The position numbers and the translations under genes are program-made. This document shows positions 22,337 to 32,335 of a stretch of DNA of 64,000 nt, in pieces. The notes beneath the pieces are model-generated. The model saw nothing but the letters and a program-made list of their open reading frames with translations. It did not search any database and was not told where the DNA came from. Source of the DNA: a bacterium (GTDB taxonomy: Bacteria; Synergistota; GBS-1); the NCBI GenBank assembly GCA_030153785.1, contig JASKLF010000001.1, positions 128,001 to 192,000 on the forward strand. The letters are read 5' to 3'. Position 1 is the stretch's first letter. Every line of letters starts with the position of its first letter.

Positions 22337-22345
22337 ATTATAGCA
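22337..22345 (-). promoter_or_regulatory. Extended -10 promoter for the hypothetical-dcd operon
   Basis: TGCTATAAT just downstream of the tRNA terminator. Confidence 0.5.
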
Positions 22346-22351
22346 TAAAAT

Positions 22352-22386
22352 AAATTAAAGGGAGAAACCATAATGGTTTCTCCCTT
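22352..22386 (-). terminator. Terminator after tRNA-Ala
   Basis: 14-bp inverted repeat at 22358-22386 with a T-rich tail. Confidence 0.7.
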
Positions 22387-22398
22387 CATCATCAAAAC

Positions 22399-22473
22399 TG
22401 GTGGAGCTGACGGGAGTCGAACCCGTGACCTCTTCCATGCCAAGGAAGCGCGCTCCCACTGCGCCACAGCCCC
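22399..22473 (-). tRNA. tRNA-Ala(GGC)
   Basis: GGGGCTG/CAGCTCC acceptor stem with G3:U70, anticodon arm CTTCC-TTGGCAT-GGAAG, encoded CCA. Confidence 0.96.
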
Positions 22474-22485
22474 AAGCCATAGGAT

Positions 22486-22514
22486 ATTATAAAAGCATAA
22501 ACCAAAAATGTCAA
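22486..22514 (-). promoter_or_regulatory. Consensus sigma70 promoter of tRNA-Ala
   Basis: TTGACA-17-TATAAT. Confidence 0.85.
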
Positions 22515-22591
22515 GAAACAAAAGGAAAAAAAACAAAAAAGGATATCAAAAGAGAGACATAAAAATTTTAAACTTTCAGTCTCCGTCCTAC

Positions 22592-22620
22592 TTGACTTTA
22601 AAAAATTTTTTTGCTATCCT
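22592..22620 (+). promoter_or_regulatory. sigma70 promoter of the glpK operon
   Basis: TTGACT-17-TATCCT with extended TG. Confidence 0.65.
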
Positions 22621-22652
22621 TTTTGTGGATAAATCTAATAGGGAGCTTCCGC

Positions 22653-22707
22653 GTGGCGGAGAGGAGAGAAAGCCACATCTTCAGAGGGAAGATGTAGCTT
22701 TTTGTTT
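22653..22707 (+). promoter_or_regulatory. GlpP-type antitermination leader with terminator
   Basis: GTGGCGGAG..GAGAAAGCCACATCTTC..GAAGATGTAGCTTTTT; the motif recurs upstream of glpF. Confidence 0.75.
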
Positions 22708-22759
22708 AGGGACTCTGCAGTCCCTAAAGGTAGCAAAACTAAAAGGAGGTGCTACCTCT

Positions 22760-24271
22760 ATGAGTAAGTATGTATTGTCGTTGGATGAGGGGACAACCAG
22801 TGCAAGAGCAATCGTCTTCGACAAGGAAAGCAACATAGTAGGCGTAGGTCAGTATGAATTTACGCAATACTATCCTAAACCCGGATGGGTAGAGCACAAC
22901 CCCGAGGAAATTTGGCAAGCCCAAGTAAAAGCGTTTAAAACAGCACTGGAAAAAGCTAAAGCCAGCCCTCAAGATATCGCTGCAATCGGTATAACAAATC
23001 AAAGAGAAACAACGGTGTTATGGGAAAAAGATACTGGAAAACCTGTTTACAACGCTATAGTCTGGCAGTGTAGGAGAACCGCAGATATCGTTGATGACCT
23101 AAAAAAGAATTACTACGACCCCATTAAGGAAAAAACCGGGCTCGTTCCGGACTCATACTTCTCCGGTCCCAAGATTAAGTGGCTTCTTGATAATGTTCCC
23201 GGCCTAAGGGAAAGAGCTAAGAAGGGTGAAATCCTATTTGGAACCATCGATACATATTTAATATGGAGATTAAGCGGTGGTAAAGTCCACGTAATAGACT
23301 ATTCAAATGCCTCAAGAACCATGATTTTCAACATCAAAACCCTCGAATGGGACAAAGATATTCTTAAGGTCCTTGACATACCAGAGGCTATCTTACCGCA
23401 ACCAAAACCGTCAAGCGAAGTATATGGATACACCGATAAGGAGGTCTTCGGCGCGGAAGTTCCTATCTCCGGAGACGCTGGCGACCAGCAGGCAGCACTT
23501 TTCGGACAAGCCTGTTACAAACCGGGAATGGTTAAAAATACGTACGGAACTGGGTGTTTTGTATTGATGAACACGGGGGAAACTCCTTATAAATCTACCG
23601 GTTTAGTTACGACTATAGCGTGGGGTCTAAATGGAAAAGTTGAATACGCGCTTGAAGGAAGCATATTCATCACGGGAGCCGCAGTTCAGTGGCTTAGAGA
23701 TTCCCTCAAAATAATAGAGGTTTCGCCCGAAGTGGAACCTCTCGCGGCTTCTTTAGCTTCCAATGAAGGAGTTTACTTTGTACCCGCATTCGTTGGTCTT
23801 GGAGCACCCTACTGGGACCAGTATGCAAGGGGATTAATTATTGGTATTACAAGAGGTACAAGAAGAGCCCATTTAGCGAGGGCCGTTCTTGAAGCTATAG
23901 CATATCTCTCTAAAGATGCAATAGTGGAGATGGAAAAAGACAGCGGAATAAAAGTAGCAGAACTCAGAGTTGATGGAGGAGCGGTGAACAACAACTTCCT
24001 TATGCAATTCCAAGCCGATATCCTTGGAACAAACGTCGTAAGACCGGTTATCCAAGAAACAACCGCATTGGGAGCTGCATATCTTGCGGGTTTAGCCGTA
24101 GGCTATTGGTCAAGCCAGGATGAAATAGCAAACATGTGGAAGGTAGACAGAAAGTTTAATCCTCAGATGGACGAGACCACAAGAGAAAAACTATATGGTG
24201 CCTGGAAAGAAGCGGTAAATAGATCCTTAGGATGGGCTAAGGTTCTCAAAGACTTAGGATGGGAGGTGTAA
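22760..24271 (+). CDS. glpK: Glycerol kinase (start corrected to ATG 22760 after AGGAGG)
   Basis: [44 protein letters not shown]. Confidence 0.97.
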   Translation: MSKYVLSLDEGTTSARAIVFDKESNIVGVGQYEFTQYYPKPGWVEHNPEEIWQAQVKAFKTALEKAKASPQDIAAIGITNQRETTVLWEKDTGKPVYNAIVWQCRRTADIVDDLKKNYYDPIKEKTGLVPDSYFSGPKIKWLLDNVPGLRERAKKGEILFGTIDTYLIWRLSGGKVHVIDYSNASRTMIFNIKTLEWDKDILKVLDIPEAILPQPKPSSEVYGYTDKEVFGAEVPISGDAGDQQAALFGQACYKPGMVKNTYGTGCFVLMNTGETPYKSTGLVTTIAWGLNGKVEYALEGSIFITGAAVQWLRDSLKIIEVSPEVEPLAASLASNEGVYFVPAFVGLGAPYWDQYARGLIIGITRGTRRAHLARAVLEAIAYLSKDAIVEMEKDSGIKVAELRVDGGAVNNNFLMQFQADILGTNVVRPVIQETTALGAAYLAGLAVGYWSSQDEIANMWKVDRKFNPQMDETTREKLYGAWKEAVNRSLGWAKVLKDLGWEV

Positions 24272-24284
24272 TTTCCCTTTACCA

Positions 24285-25823
24285 ATGACTCAACAGGGCA
24301 TACAAACCAAAAAGGTAGCAATAATAGGAGCAGGAATAGTAGGAGCAGCTATAGCCCGTGTATTAAGTAAATATGAAAACTTAGAGGTTCATATATTTGA
24401 AAGGAACGCGGATGTTGGCTGGGGAGCAAGCAAGGCAAATAGTGCAATCGTTCATCCAGGACATGAGGAAGACCCAGAAAAACATCCATTAAGGGCAAAA
24501 CTCTGTGCTAAAGGTAATAGGCTATGGCATATATGGTCAAAAGAACTTGAGGTTCCTACAAGATGGCCAGGAGAGTTGATGGTAGCCTTCGATGATGAAG
24601 AAATAGAAGTGGCAAGACATTATCTTGAGCTCGGAGAGAAAAATGGTGTCCCGGGAATAAGACTGGTATACGGCGAAGAATTGCGCGCCCTGGAGCCTAA
24701 CATAAATCCATCTGCGGTTGGGGCCTTGTGGGCCCCAACCGCAGGAGTAATGGCCCCATGGGAAGGAGTAATAGCACTGATCGAAAATGCTGTCGATAAC
24801 GGAGCTAAACTCCACACCGAAGTGGAAGTCAAGAAGGTCGTAACGGAGAGGGGGAGGGTTAAAGGAATAGATACCTCCGAAGGCTTCTTTGAGGCAGACA
24901 TAGTAATAAACGCGGCAGGACTTTACGCAGACAAGATTTCAAAGAGTGTAGGAATAGACTTTGATATAACACCCAGGAAAGGAGAATACTATCTCTTTGA
25001 GGATGATGCCTTCCCTAAGGTTACAAGAATAGTTCATCAAACTCCCACTCCCAAAACAAAAGGAGTTTACCTCTCTGTAACCATAGAGGGAAGCTTACTG
25101 ATTGGCCCCACGGCGGAAGACCTACCAAAGGAAGCGAAAGAAGATACTTCTACAACCAGAGAGGGATTAGACTTCGTATGGGAATGGGCAGGTAAACTTG
25201 TGGCAAGCCTACCGCCTAAAAATAGAGTAATGAAAACCTTTGCAGGTTTAAGGCCTGAACCCCCAGATGGGAAATGGATAATAGAAGCCTATGATAACCC
25301 CTTCGGGTTTATAAATGCGGCTGGAATGAGATCCCCAGCTTTAACCTCTGCGCCTGCTATAGCTGAATATATCGATAAGGAGCTCATTCAAGGAAAGCTG
25401 GGAATAAAACCTGTCGAAAAGAAATTCTGGAACCCTTACAGAAAGGGGATCAGGAGATTCAGGGAGTTAAGTGACGACGGTAAAAACGCCCTTATAAGCT
25501 TGAATCCCAAATATGGTAATGTCATCTGTATGTGCAAGGAAGTAACGGAAGCAGAAATAATAGAAGCCATTGAAAGGATGCAAAAAATAGGAATAAAAAC
25601 CATAACCTTAGACGGGATAAAGTTTAGAACTCTATCCATGTTTGGCTGGTGCCAAGGATCTTTCTGCAGGATAAGAGTTGCAAAAATAGTCTCAGAAAAG
25701 CTTGGTATTCCTGTTTGGGACGTTTCAATTAAGAGTAAAGAATTATCTTATGGCATAGGAAACGTAAAGACCTTCTTTACAGGCAGCAAGGGAGATGATG
25801 TCAATGCAAAACTCGAGATATGA
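24285..25823 (+). CDS. glpA: FAD-dependent glycerol-3-phosphate dehydrogenase subunit with C-terminal BFD-like [2Fe-2S] motif
   Basis: GAGIVG, SKANSAIVHPG, CMCKEVTE..GWCQGSFC; follows glpK. Confidence 0.8.
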   Translation: MTQQGIQTKKVAIIGAGIVGAAIARVLSKYENLEVHIFERNADVGWGASKANSAIVHPGHEEDPEKHPLRAKLCAKGNRLWHIWSKELEVPTRWPGELMVAFDDEEIEVARHYLELGEKNGVPGIRLVYGEELRALEPNINPSAVGALWAPTAGVMAPWEGVIALIENAVDNGAKLHTEVEVKKVVTERGRVKGIDTSEGFFEADIVINAAGLYADKISKSVGIDFDITPRKGEYYLFEDDAFPKVTRIVHQTPTPKTKGVYLSVTIEGSLLIGPTAEDLPKEAKEDTSTTREGLDFVWEWAGKLVASLPPKNRVMKTFAGLRPEPPDGKWIIEAYDNPFGFINAAGMRSPALTSAPAIAEYIDKELIQGKLGIKPVEKKFWNPYRKGIRRFRELSDDGKNALISLNPKYGNVICMCKEVTEAEIIEAIERMQKIGIKTITLDGIKFRTLSMFGWCQGSFCRIRVAKIVSEKLGIPVWDVSIKSKELSYGIGNVKTFFTGSKGDDVNAKLEI

Positions 25824-27057
25824 TGCGATTGTTATAGGAGGAGGCCCGGCGGGTTTAGCGGCAGCAATAAAGGCAAAAGAAGCCGGCTTAAAGGTTCTCC
25901 TCCTTGAAAACAGAGATGTTTGGGGAGGAATACCTCTTCAATGCGTCCATCCCGGATTTGGACTCCACTACTTTAAGGAAGACCTAACGGGAACCGAGTT
26001 TATTTACCGCTTCATAGATAAGTTCGAGAAGCTTGGAATAGAAGGGTATACAAATGCCCACCTTATCGAAATAGGCCTGATATCAGATATCGAAAAAGAG
26101 TTAAAGGTGGTAACACCGAAGGGTATTAAAAAACTCAAAACCACGAGCATAATCTATACCACAGGCGCAAGGGAAAGGCATCTTTATGAAATAGGTATAA
26201 CAGGTAACAGAGCTACGGGAATTTACACAGCGGGAGAAGCACAAACAATGATGGATATATACGGAATAATGCCGGGGAAGGAAATAGTAATAGTAGGCTC
26301 TGGAGATGTGGGGTTAATAATGGCAAGAAGATTTGCATTAGAAGGTGCGTTAGTTAAAGCCGTCATCGAAATAATGCCATTCCCAGGAGGGCTCACAAGA
26401 AACGTGGTTCAGTGTCTTCAAGATTTTGGGATACCGCTTTATCTGAGCCATGCTGTGACCAGGGTAGAGGGGACAAAGAGGGTTGAAAGGATCATTGTTT
26501 CTGAAGTAACGGAAGACCTAAAAATAAAAGAGGGAACGGAAAAAGAAATTAAATGCGATACCGTGGTAGTAGCAGCTGGCTTAGTCCCTTACATAAAGAT
26601 ATTAGAAAAAATAGGAGTAACCAAGGACGAAGCAACGAAAGGACCAATAGTCAATGAGTATCTTGAAACGAGCATACCAGGAGTTTTCACTGCAGGAAAC
26701 GCGCTAGTAATAAATGACCTGGTAGACCATGTGGTAGAACAGGGAGAAAAGGCAGCAGATGGGGCTTTAGGATTCGTAGAAAAAGGAGGAATACCCACAA
26801 AGAAATGGCGTAGAATACTGCGAGGTAAAAATGTGAGGCTGCTTATCCCGCATTATGTTAGCGGAGAAAAAGACGTAGTAGTTTATGCAAGGGTCTCCAA
26901 ACCACAAAGAAACGTGAAGGTTAGATTCCCCGAGATAGGTAAAGAAGTTAAGCTACCCGTGGTCAAACCAGCTGAAATGATAAGTATAAAGCTCAAGAAA
27001 GAGGAAATAGAGAAAGCTAAAGATAAGATAACGATGGAGGTAGTTTCAGATGAGTGA
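25795..27057 (+). CDS. NAD(P)/FAD-dependent oxidoreductase, G3P dehydrogenase partner
   Basis: GGGPAG, QCVHPGFG, GSGDVGLIMARR, TAGNAL. Confidence 0.82.
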   Translation: MMSMQNSRYDAIVIGGGPAGLAAAIKAKEAGLKVLLLENRDVWGGIPLQCVHPGFGLHYFKEDLTGTEFIYRFIDKFEKLGIEGYTNAHLIEIGLISDIEKELKVVTPKGIKKLKTTSIIYTTGARERHLYEIGITGNRATGIYTAGEAQTMMDIYGIMPGKEIVIVGSGDVGLIMARRFALEGALVKAVIEIMPFPGGLTRNVVQCLQDFGIPLYLSHAVTRVEGTKRVERIIVSEVTEDLKIKEGTEKEIKCDTVVVAAGLVPYIKILEKIGVTKDEATKGPIVNEYLETSIPGVFTAGNALVINDLVDHVVEQGEKAADGALGFVEKGGIPTKKWRRILRGKNVRLLIPHYVSGEKDVVVYARVSKPQRNVKVRFPEIGKEVKLPVVKPAEMISIKLKKEEIEKAKDKITMEVVSDE

Positions 27058-27433
27058 AATAAAAAAACACAATATAACATGCATCGTCTGCCCAATAGGA
27101 TGCGAAATGGAAGTGGAAACCAAAGGCGAAAATGGTGAAGTATTATCGATAAAAGGAAACAGATGCCCTAAGGGTAAAGACTACGCCATTCAGGAAGTAA
27201 CATCTCCCAAGAGGATAGTAATGAGCGTAGTAAATGTTAACGGGAGCATCTTTCCAACCGTATCCGTCAAAACAAATAAACCGGTTCCTAAAAAGTTAAT
27301 ACCCAAGGTGATGGAGGAGCTCTCAAGGATAGAACTTAACGCACCCATAGGGGTTGGGGATGTGATAATCAGGAACGTTGCCGGCACTGACGCAGACATA
27401 GTAGCGACGAGACCCGCACCGAGGTTACCCTAA
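27050..27433 (+). CDS. DUF1667 CxxC metal-binding protein
   Basis: TCIVCPIGC, GNRCPKG, VSVKT; usual third gene of this cassette. Confidence 0.85.
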   Translation: MSEIKKHNITCIVCPIGCEMEVETKGENGEVLSIKGNRCPKGKDYAIQEVTSPKRIVMSVVNVNGSIFPTVSVKTNKPVPKKLIPKVMEELSRIELNAPIGVGDVIIRNVAGTDADIVATRPAPRLP

Positions 27434-27481
27434 TAAAAGGGGCTCTCCTCTCACTCATGAGTGAGAGGAGAGCCCCTAAAA
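27434..27481. terminator. Probably bidirectional terminator between the convergent glycerol operons
   Basis: Perfect 20-bp inverted repeat at 27438-27477. Confidence 0.75.
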
Positions 27482-28030
27482 TTCTTCCTTTGTCCAAAGA
27501 TTTCTGGCACTGGTTGAAATTGCATCAACTATTTGAAGAAGTTTTTTGGCCTCCTGCCTCGTAGTTACGAGACCACCTGTAATAACGTTTATACCTAAAG
27601 CCTTAAACATCTTCCCAACCTTTAAAGAGGCGCAGCCGGGAAGAATCTCAACTATATCAACTCCATTTGATTTCACCTGATTGTAAGCCTTCTCCACAGC
27701 TTTAGAATCAAGAGCGAAAACCCTTAAAACAAAAGGCATACCGATTTTCTTAGCATAATGAAAATTAGAAAGTTTAACACTTATTAAACCATCAACGCCA
27801 ATAGACCTGAGAAACTCTATTGCCGCTTTACCTTCAGAAAGGCCCTCAACGAAATCCATATCTACAAAAACCCTCTTGCCAGCAGCATGACAGGCTTCAA
27901 CCTCACAAGGAAGCCTCGTTAAAGTGGACGTAAGAATAAAAACGGTATCCACGGGGATATATTCGGGGTCGGTAAACTCCCAAAGGGATGCTATTATCCC
28001 CTTTAACAAGGGACTTGCTATAACCCGCAT
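27476..28030 (-). CDS. glpP: Glycerol-3-phosphate-responsive antiterminator
   Basis: VDMDFVEGL, RVFALDS, VEILPG, TGGLV, AISTS..LW. Confidence 0.85.
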   Translation of the reverse strand: MRVIASPLLKGIIASLWEFTDPEYIPVDTVFILTSTLTRLPCEVEACHAAGKRVFVDMDFVEGLSEGKAAIEFLRSIGVDGLISVKLSNFHYAKKIGMPFVLRVFALDSKAVEKAYNQVKSNGVDIVEILPGCASLKVGKMFKALGINVITGGLVTTRQEAKKLLQIVDAISTSARNLWTKEEF

Positions 28031-30495
28031 CTTTTAACCACCAGCTCTCTTACCTCCTTAGCACTGCCTAACTTTAAAACCTCCTCCGCAAGAGACCTAA
28101 GCTCCTCATAGCTAAATCTTCTGACCATATCCTTCGCCTGTGGAATAAGTCTTGGATTCATGCTTAGTTCATCGACTCCCAAACCTATTAGAACAGGGAT
28201 CGCCTCCCTTTCGCCAGCCATTTCTCCACACACGCCTACCCACTTACCATGAGTATGGGCACCCTCTACCGTCATCTTGATTAACCTTAAAATAGAGGGG
28301 TCCAAGGAATCGAAAAGATAGTTTAGGTTTTTGTTTCCTCTATCGCATGCAAGGGTATACTGTGTGAGGTCATTCGTCCCGATGCTGAAGAAATCTACCT
28401 CCCTTCCCAAAACATCACTCATGATCGCCGCTGAAGGGATTTCAACCATTATACCCATTTCTACCTTATCAGAAAAGGCTACTCCCTTTCTCCTTAGCTC
28501 CTCCTTACACTCTTCAACTATCCCTTTAACCCACCTTATCTCTTCCACCGCAGCTACCATTGGAAGCATAAACTTAAGATTTCCTTTAACAGCTGCCCTA
28601 AGAATAGCTTTAATCTGGTTTTTAAGCAGGTCAGGATGGAGACGTTGTAACCTTATGGCCCTAACACCTAAAAATGGATTCTCCTCTTTCTCCATGGGGA
28701 TATAGGGTAAGGGCTTATCTCCACCAACATCAAGGGTTCTTATAACAACAAGCCTGTCTCCCATTATCTCCGCAACTTTTAAGTAAGCCATATATTGTTC
28801 TTCTTCTGAAGGCATTTCTGTTCTATCCACGTATAGAAATTCTGTTCTCAGAAGACCTATTCCCTCAGCACCATAATCAAGCGCTTCAGAAACGGTATCT
28901 AAATTCCCCACATTGGCTACAATTTCCACCCTACGCTTATCAAGCGTAAAGGCAAGCTCTTTCGCCTGGACGAGAAGTCTACTTTCCGCTTTCCTTCTTG
29001 CCTCCTCCTTGCTCTTAAAATCCTCAACGAGCTCTTGAGAAGGATTAACTATCAATTCTCCAGAAAAGCCATTTAGAGCGGCTACAGTTCCATCAGGCAA
29101 GCTGAGTATTCTCTCCCCCAAGCCAACGATTGAAGGGATTCCCCACATACGTGCAAGTATCGCTGCATGAGAAGTTGTGCCACCTCGAGCAGTTGCTATA
29201 CCTACCACAAGGTTTCTATCCAGAGAAGCAGTTTCCGAAGGTAAAAGCTCATCGGCCACCAAAATTACCTTCTCCTCGATTGAAATCCCTGATAAATCCT
29301 CTCCCGAAAGAATTCTTAAAACCCTGTTTCCGATATCCTTAAGATCAGAAGACCTTTCCTTCATTAAAGTCGTGCCCTGTTTTTCAAGCTGAGATGCCCA
29401 CTCCTCTACAACCTTAAGTACAGCTTCCCGAGAAGAGAACCCTTCTTTTATCAGAGATTCAATCTGAGAAATAAACTTGCTATCTTTCAATACCATGGCA
29501 TGAAAATCAAATATGGCCGCCACCTTCGGATCTCCATTCTTACTAACTTTTTCTTTGAGATCTTCTATCTCATTGATAGCCTTAGCTATCGCCTCTCTAA
29601 ACTTTTCAAGCTCCTCGTCAGAAGAAAACTTCTCACCGACTCCCTCCTTTACAGTCTTTCTTTTATATACCAAAATAGGAGCCACAACATAGCCCGGATA
29701 AACAGGTGTCCCCTTAAATATTCCCTCCCCAGAGAGGGCTTCACCTTCCTCTACTTCAGTGGAGGCCTTACCTTTTCCCTCCTCCAACTCGCCGAAACCA
29801 GATTCTACAAGCTCCTTTAAAGCTCTCAACGCCTCCTCAGCATCTTCCCCTTCGGCAATTATCCTAATCCATTCACCTTTTTCCGCCGTCCCGTTAACTG
29901 CCATATCCATGATGCTTTTGGCATCAGCAGGTGGCTTTTTTGAAGTAATATTTTGAACGGTTATTTTAGATTTAAATTGGGAAGCAACTTGAACAAACAA
30001 TGCTGCAGGACGTGCATGCAAACCAGAAGGATTTATAAGCTGAATCTCAACGCTTTTAACCCCCTCCTTTAAAGGAACCTCTTCAGGAGGGACTTCCTCT
30101 TCTTGGAGCTTCACCAAATTAACGCTTTCTGCCCTTTCCTTCACTTCCTCCAAAGATAGACCTTGGGCTGCAGCTGCCGCAGCAGCTACAGCCCCTTCAA
30201 CCAGCGGAGCGTTACACAGCTTTATTTTTTTTCTTTTTTCCTCGGGTAGGTTTTCCAAGCACATCTGAGTTGTCATTATGGCACTTCCCAAATCCATAAG
30301 TACCAAGACGCCGTCTTCCGTATAAGCCTCGTTTATAGCATTGTATATCCTCTCATAACTCGTTCCCAAGCTCCCATCGTCAAATCCACCAGCAGCCTTT
30401 ATAGGGACATCTTTACCTCCTGTCATTTGCTTGGCAAGCTCTACAACCCCTTCTGCCAATTTCTCACTGTGAGAAACGATTACAATCCCTACCAT
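28018..30495 (-). CDS. dhaM: DhaM-HPr-Enzyme I multidomain phosphotransferase
   Basis: EIIA-Man-like VSHS/DLGSA, HPr GLHARPAA, EI TSHAAILAR, GLLRTEF, SIGTNDL, CGEMAG. Confidence 0.92.
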   Translation of the reverse strand: MVGIVIVSHSEKLAEGVVELAKQMTGGKDVPIKAAGGFDDGSLGTSYERIYNAINEAYTEDGVLVLMDLGSAIMTTQMCLENLPEEKRKKIKLCNAPLVEGAVAAAAAAAQGLSLEEVKERAESVNLVKLQEEEVPPEEVPLKEGVKSVEIQLINPSGLHARPAALFVQVASQFKSKITVQNITSKKPPADAKSIMDMAVNGTAEKGEWIRIIAEGEDAEEALRALKELVESGFGELEEGKGKASTEVEEGEALSGEGIFKGTPVYPGYVVAPILVYKRKTVKEGVGEKFSSDEELEKFREAIAKAINEIEDLKEKVSKNGDPKVAAIFDFHAMVLKDSKFISQIESLIKEGFSSREAVLKVVEEWASQLEKQGTTLMKERSSDLKDIGNRVLRILSGEDLSGISIEEKVILVADELLPSETASLDRNLVVGIATARGGTTSHAAILARMWGIPSIVGLGERILSLPDGTVAALNGFSGELIVNPSQELVEDFKSKEEARRKAESRLLVQAKELAFTLDKRRVEIVANVGNLDTVSEALDYGAEGIGLLRTEFLYVDRTEMPSEEEQYMAYLKVAEIMGDRLVVIRTLDVGGDKPLPYIPMEKEENPFLGVRAIRLQRLHPDLLKNQIKAILRAAVKGNLKFMLPMVAAVEEIRWVKGIVEECKEELRRKGVAFSDKVEMGIMVEIPSAAIMSDVLGREVDFFSIGTNDLTQYTLACDRGNKNLNYLFDSLDPSILRLIKMTVEGAHTHGKWVGVCGEMAGEREAIPVLIGLGVDELSMNPRLIPQAKDMVRRFSYEELRSLAEEVLKLGSAKEVRELVVKRCGL

Positions 30496-30705
30496 CTATT
30501 CCTCCCTCTGCCTCATCCTATACAGAGACAACCAGAAACCAACCCACGCAATAGGGAAAAGCACCATGCTATACCACTTATTAACCACATAAAACATGTA
30601 TTCACTCCACACCAAAGGGACAACGAAAAGGATAATCGTTAACCACGTAGGCAATCTCCTTTTAGGCAATTTAATTTTAACCTCCCTTTTCCTCAACCAC
30701 ATCAA
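30496..30705 (-). CDS. Small two-TM membrane protein (start uncertain, possibly TTG 30669)
   Basis: Fills the dhaL-dhaM gap exactly; two hydrophobic segments. Confidence 0.5.
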   Translation of the reverse strand: MMWLRKREVKIKLPKRRLPTWLTIILFVVPLVWSEYMFYVVNKWYSMVLFPIAWVGFWLSLYRMRQREE

Positions 30706-31324
30706 GCATGGCCTTAAAAAGTAGATATGAAGAGGTAGCTCCAGGGTCCTGATGCCCTATGCTCCTCTCCCCCAAGTAGCTCGCTCTTCCCTTCGTCGCC
30801 TTCATAGGTATGGTATTTTTCATTCCCCGCTCAGCTGCCTCAACTGCAGATTGAAGCATCTCCTTAAGGGAAGCTCCCGCCCGGAGCTTCTCCTCAAAAG
30901 CTCTCAAAGCGGGAGCTATAGCATCTACCATCGTTTTTTCTCCCTCAGTAGCTTTACCACGAAGCTGAATCCCCTCCAAAGCAGCCTTCAATGCCTGATA
31001 AAGCTCCTCCGGTGCAATTTCCTCCTTCTTATCAAGAACCTTAGCCGCATACATAAAAGCTGTTCCATAAAGAGGACCTGCAGCTCCACCGACGGTCGAT
31101 ACCAAAGCCATCGAACAAGCTCTCAATATGGAACCTATATCCTTGTCTTTAACAGAATTTAAGGTTGACATTATCTTAGTGAAACCCCTATCCATATTGA
31201 TGCCGTGGTCAGCATCTCCTATAGCTGAATCGAGTTGAGTAAGGTAATCCCTATTTTGCTTTATAAGATCCGCAGCCTTTTCAAGAAATTTTATTACATC
31301 TTCCTTTGTAATCCCCATAATCAT
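30677..31324 (-). CDS. dhaL: Dihydroxyacetone kinase subunit L
   Basis: LDSAIGDADHG, GGAAGPLYG, KTMVD, GRASYLGERS, DPGA. Confidence 0.96.
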   Translation of the reverse strand: MIMGITKEDVIKFLEKAADLIKQNRDYLTQLDSAIGDADHGINMDRGFTKIMSTLNSVKDKDIGSILRACSMALVSTVGGAAGPLYGTAFMYAAKVLDKKEEIAPEELYQALKAALEGIQLRGKATEGEKTMVDAIAPALRAFEEKLRAGASLKEMLQSAVEAAERGMKNTIPMKATKGRASYLGERSIGHQDPGATSSYLLFKAMLDVVEEKGG

Positions 31325-31330
31325 CCCCCT

Positions 31331-32332
31331 TTAGATACCCCAGCGTAATCCAGGAGTCTTAACAGGCGCATCCCAAAGCTCCTTAAGCTCATCGTCAAGC
31401 TTAAGAAGCGTTATAGAAACTCCTTGCATTTCCAGGGAAGTTATGTACCTACCAATCAGCTTTCTCGCCACTTTTATTCCCTTTTGCTCGAGTATTTGAT
31501 GAAGCTTTCTATATACAATGTATAGTTCGATATCAGGGGTTCCTCCCATGCTATTCACGAAAGCTAAAACCTCGTCTCCTGCTTTAAAAGGCAGGTCTTC
31601 GATAACAGCTTGAGCAAGCATCTCTGTAATCTCGTCCGCACTCTTAATTTTCATCCTTTGGCGTCCAGGCTCACCGTGAATACCGATACCTATTTCCATC
31701 TCATCCTCTGCAAGCTCAAACGTAGGTTTACCTGCAGCGGGAACCGTACAAGGAGTTAAAGCCATACCCATGCTTCTACCCCAGCTATTTACCTTCTTGC
31801 AAAGCTCCGCAAGTCTCTTAAGATCGTAGCCCTTTTCAGCAGCGGCACCACAGATTTTTTCTGCCAACACGGTGGTTCCAACCCCACGCCTTCCCTGGGT
31901 ATATAAGCTATTCTCAACAGCTACATCATCATCTATTATAACACTTTCTACCTCTATTCCTTCGCCCTTTAACATATCAGCTGCCATCTCAAAGTTCATT
32001 ATATCACCGCTGTAATTTTTAACTATGAAGAGTATACCAGCTCCGCCATCGACCTTTTTCGCTGCCTCGTACATCTGGTCGGGAGTGGGAGAAGTAAAAA
32101 CCTCCCCCGGGCAAGCTGCGTCAAGCATACCGTAGCCAACAAATCCCACATGCATGGGCTCGTGTCCGCTACCCCCGCCAGATATTACCGCTACTTTACC
32201 TTTAACAGGCGCATCAGCACGGTATACAAAGTTAGGATTAAAGTTTACCTTAACAAGCTCCGGCCATGCCAAACCCAATCCCTCGAGAGATTCCTTAACA
32301 ACATCTTCCGGCTTATTAATTAATTTTTTCAT
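31331..32332 (-). CDS. dhaK: Dihydroxyacetone kinase subunit K
   Basis: [21 protein letters not shown]. Confidence 0.96.
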   Translation of the reverse strand: MKKLINKPEDVVKESLEGLGLAWPELVKVNFNPNFVYRADAPVKGKVAVISGGGSGHEPMHVGFVGYGMLDAACPGEVFTSPTPDQMYEAAKKVDGGAGILFIVKNYSGDIMNFEMAADMLKGEGIEVESVIIDDDVAVENSLYTQGRRGVGTTVLAEKICGAAAEKGYDLKRLAELCKKVNSWGRSMGMALTPCTVPAAGKPTFELAEDEMEIGIGIHGEPGRQRMKIKSADEITEMLAQAVIEDLPFKAGDEVLAFVNSMGGTPDIELYIVYRKLHQILEQKGIKVARKLIGRYITSLEMQGVSITLLKLDDELKELWDAPVKTPGLRWGI

Positions 32333-32335
32333 GGC

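Noticed and set aside
13880..22473. Integrated element between the two tRNAs
   Set aside because: No integrase, transposase or duplicated tRNA 3' end (att site) was seen.
22324..22536. 70-aa minus-strand ORF
   Set aside because: It is a translation of tRNA-Ala, its promoter and its terminator.
22508..22759. 84-aa N-terminal extension of GlpK in the ORF track
   Set aside because: It spans the promoter and leader terminator; a strong RBS precedes ATG 22760.
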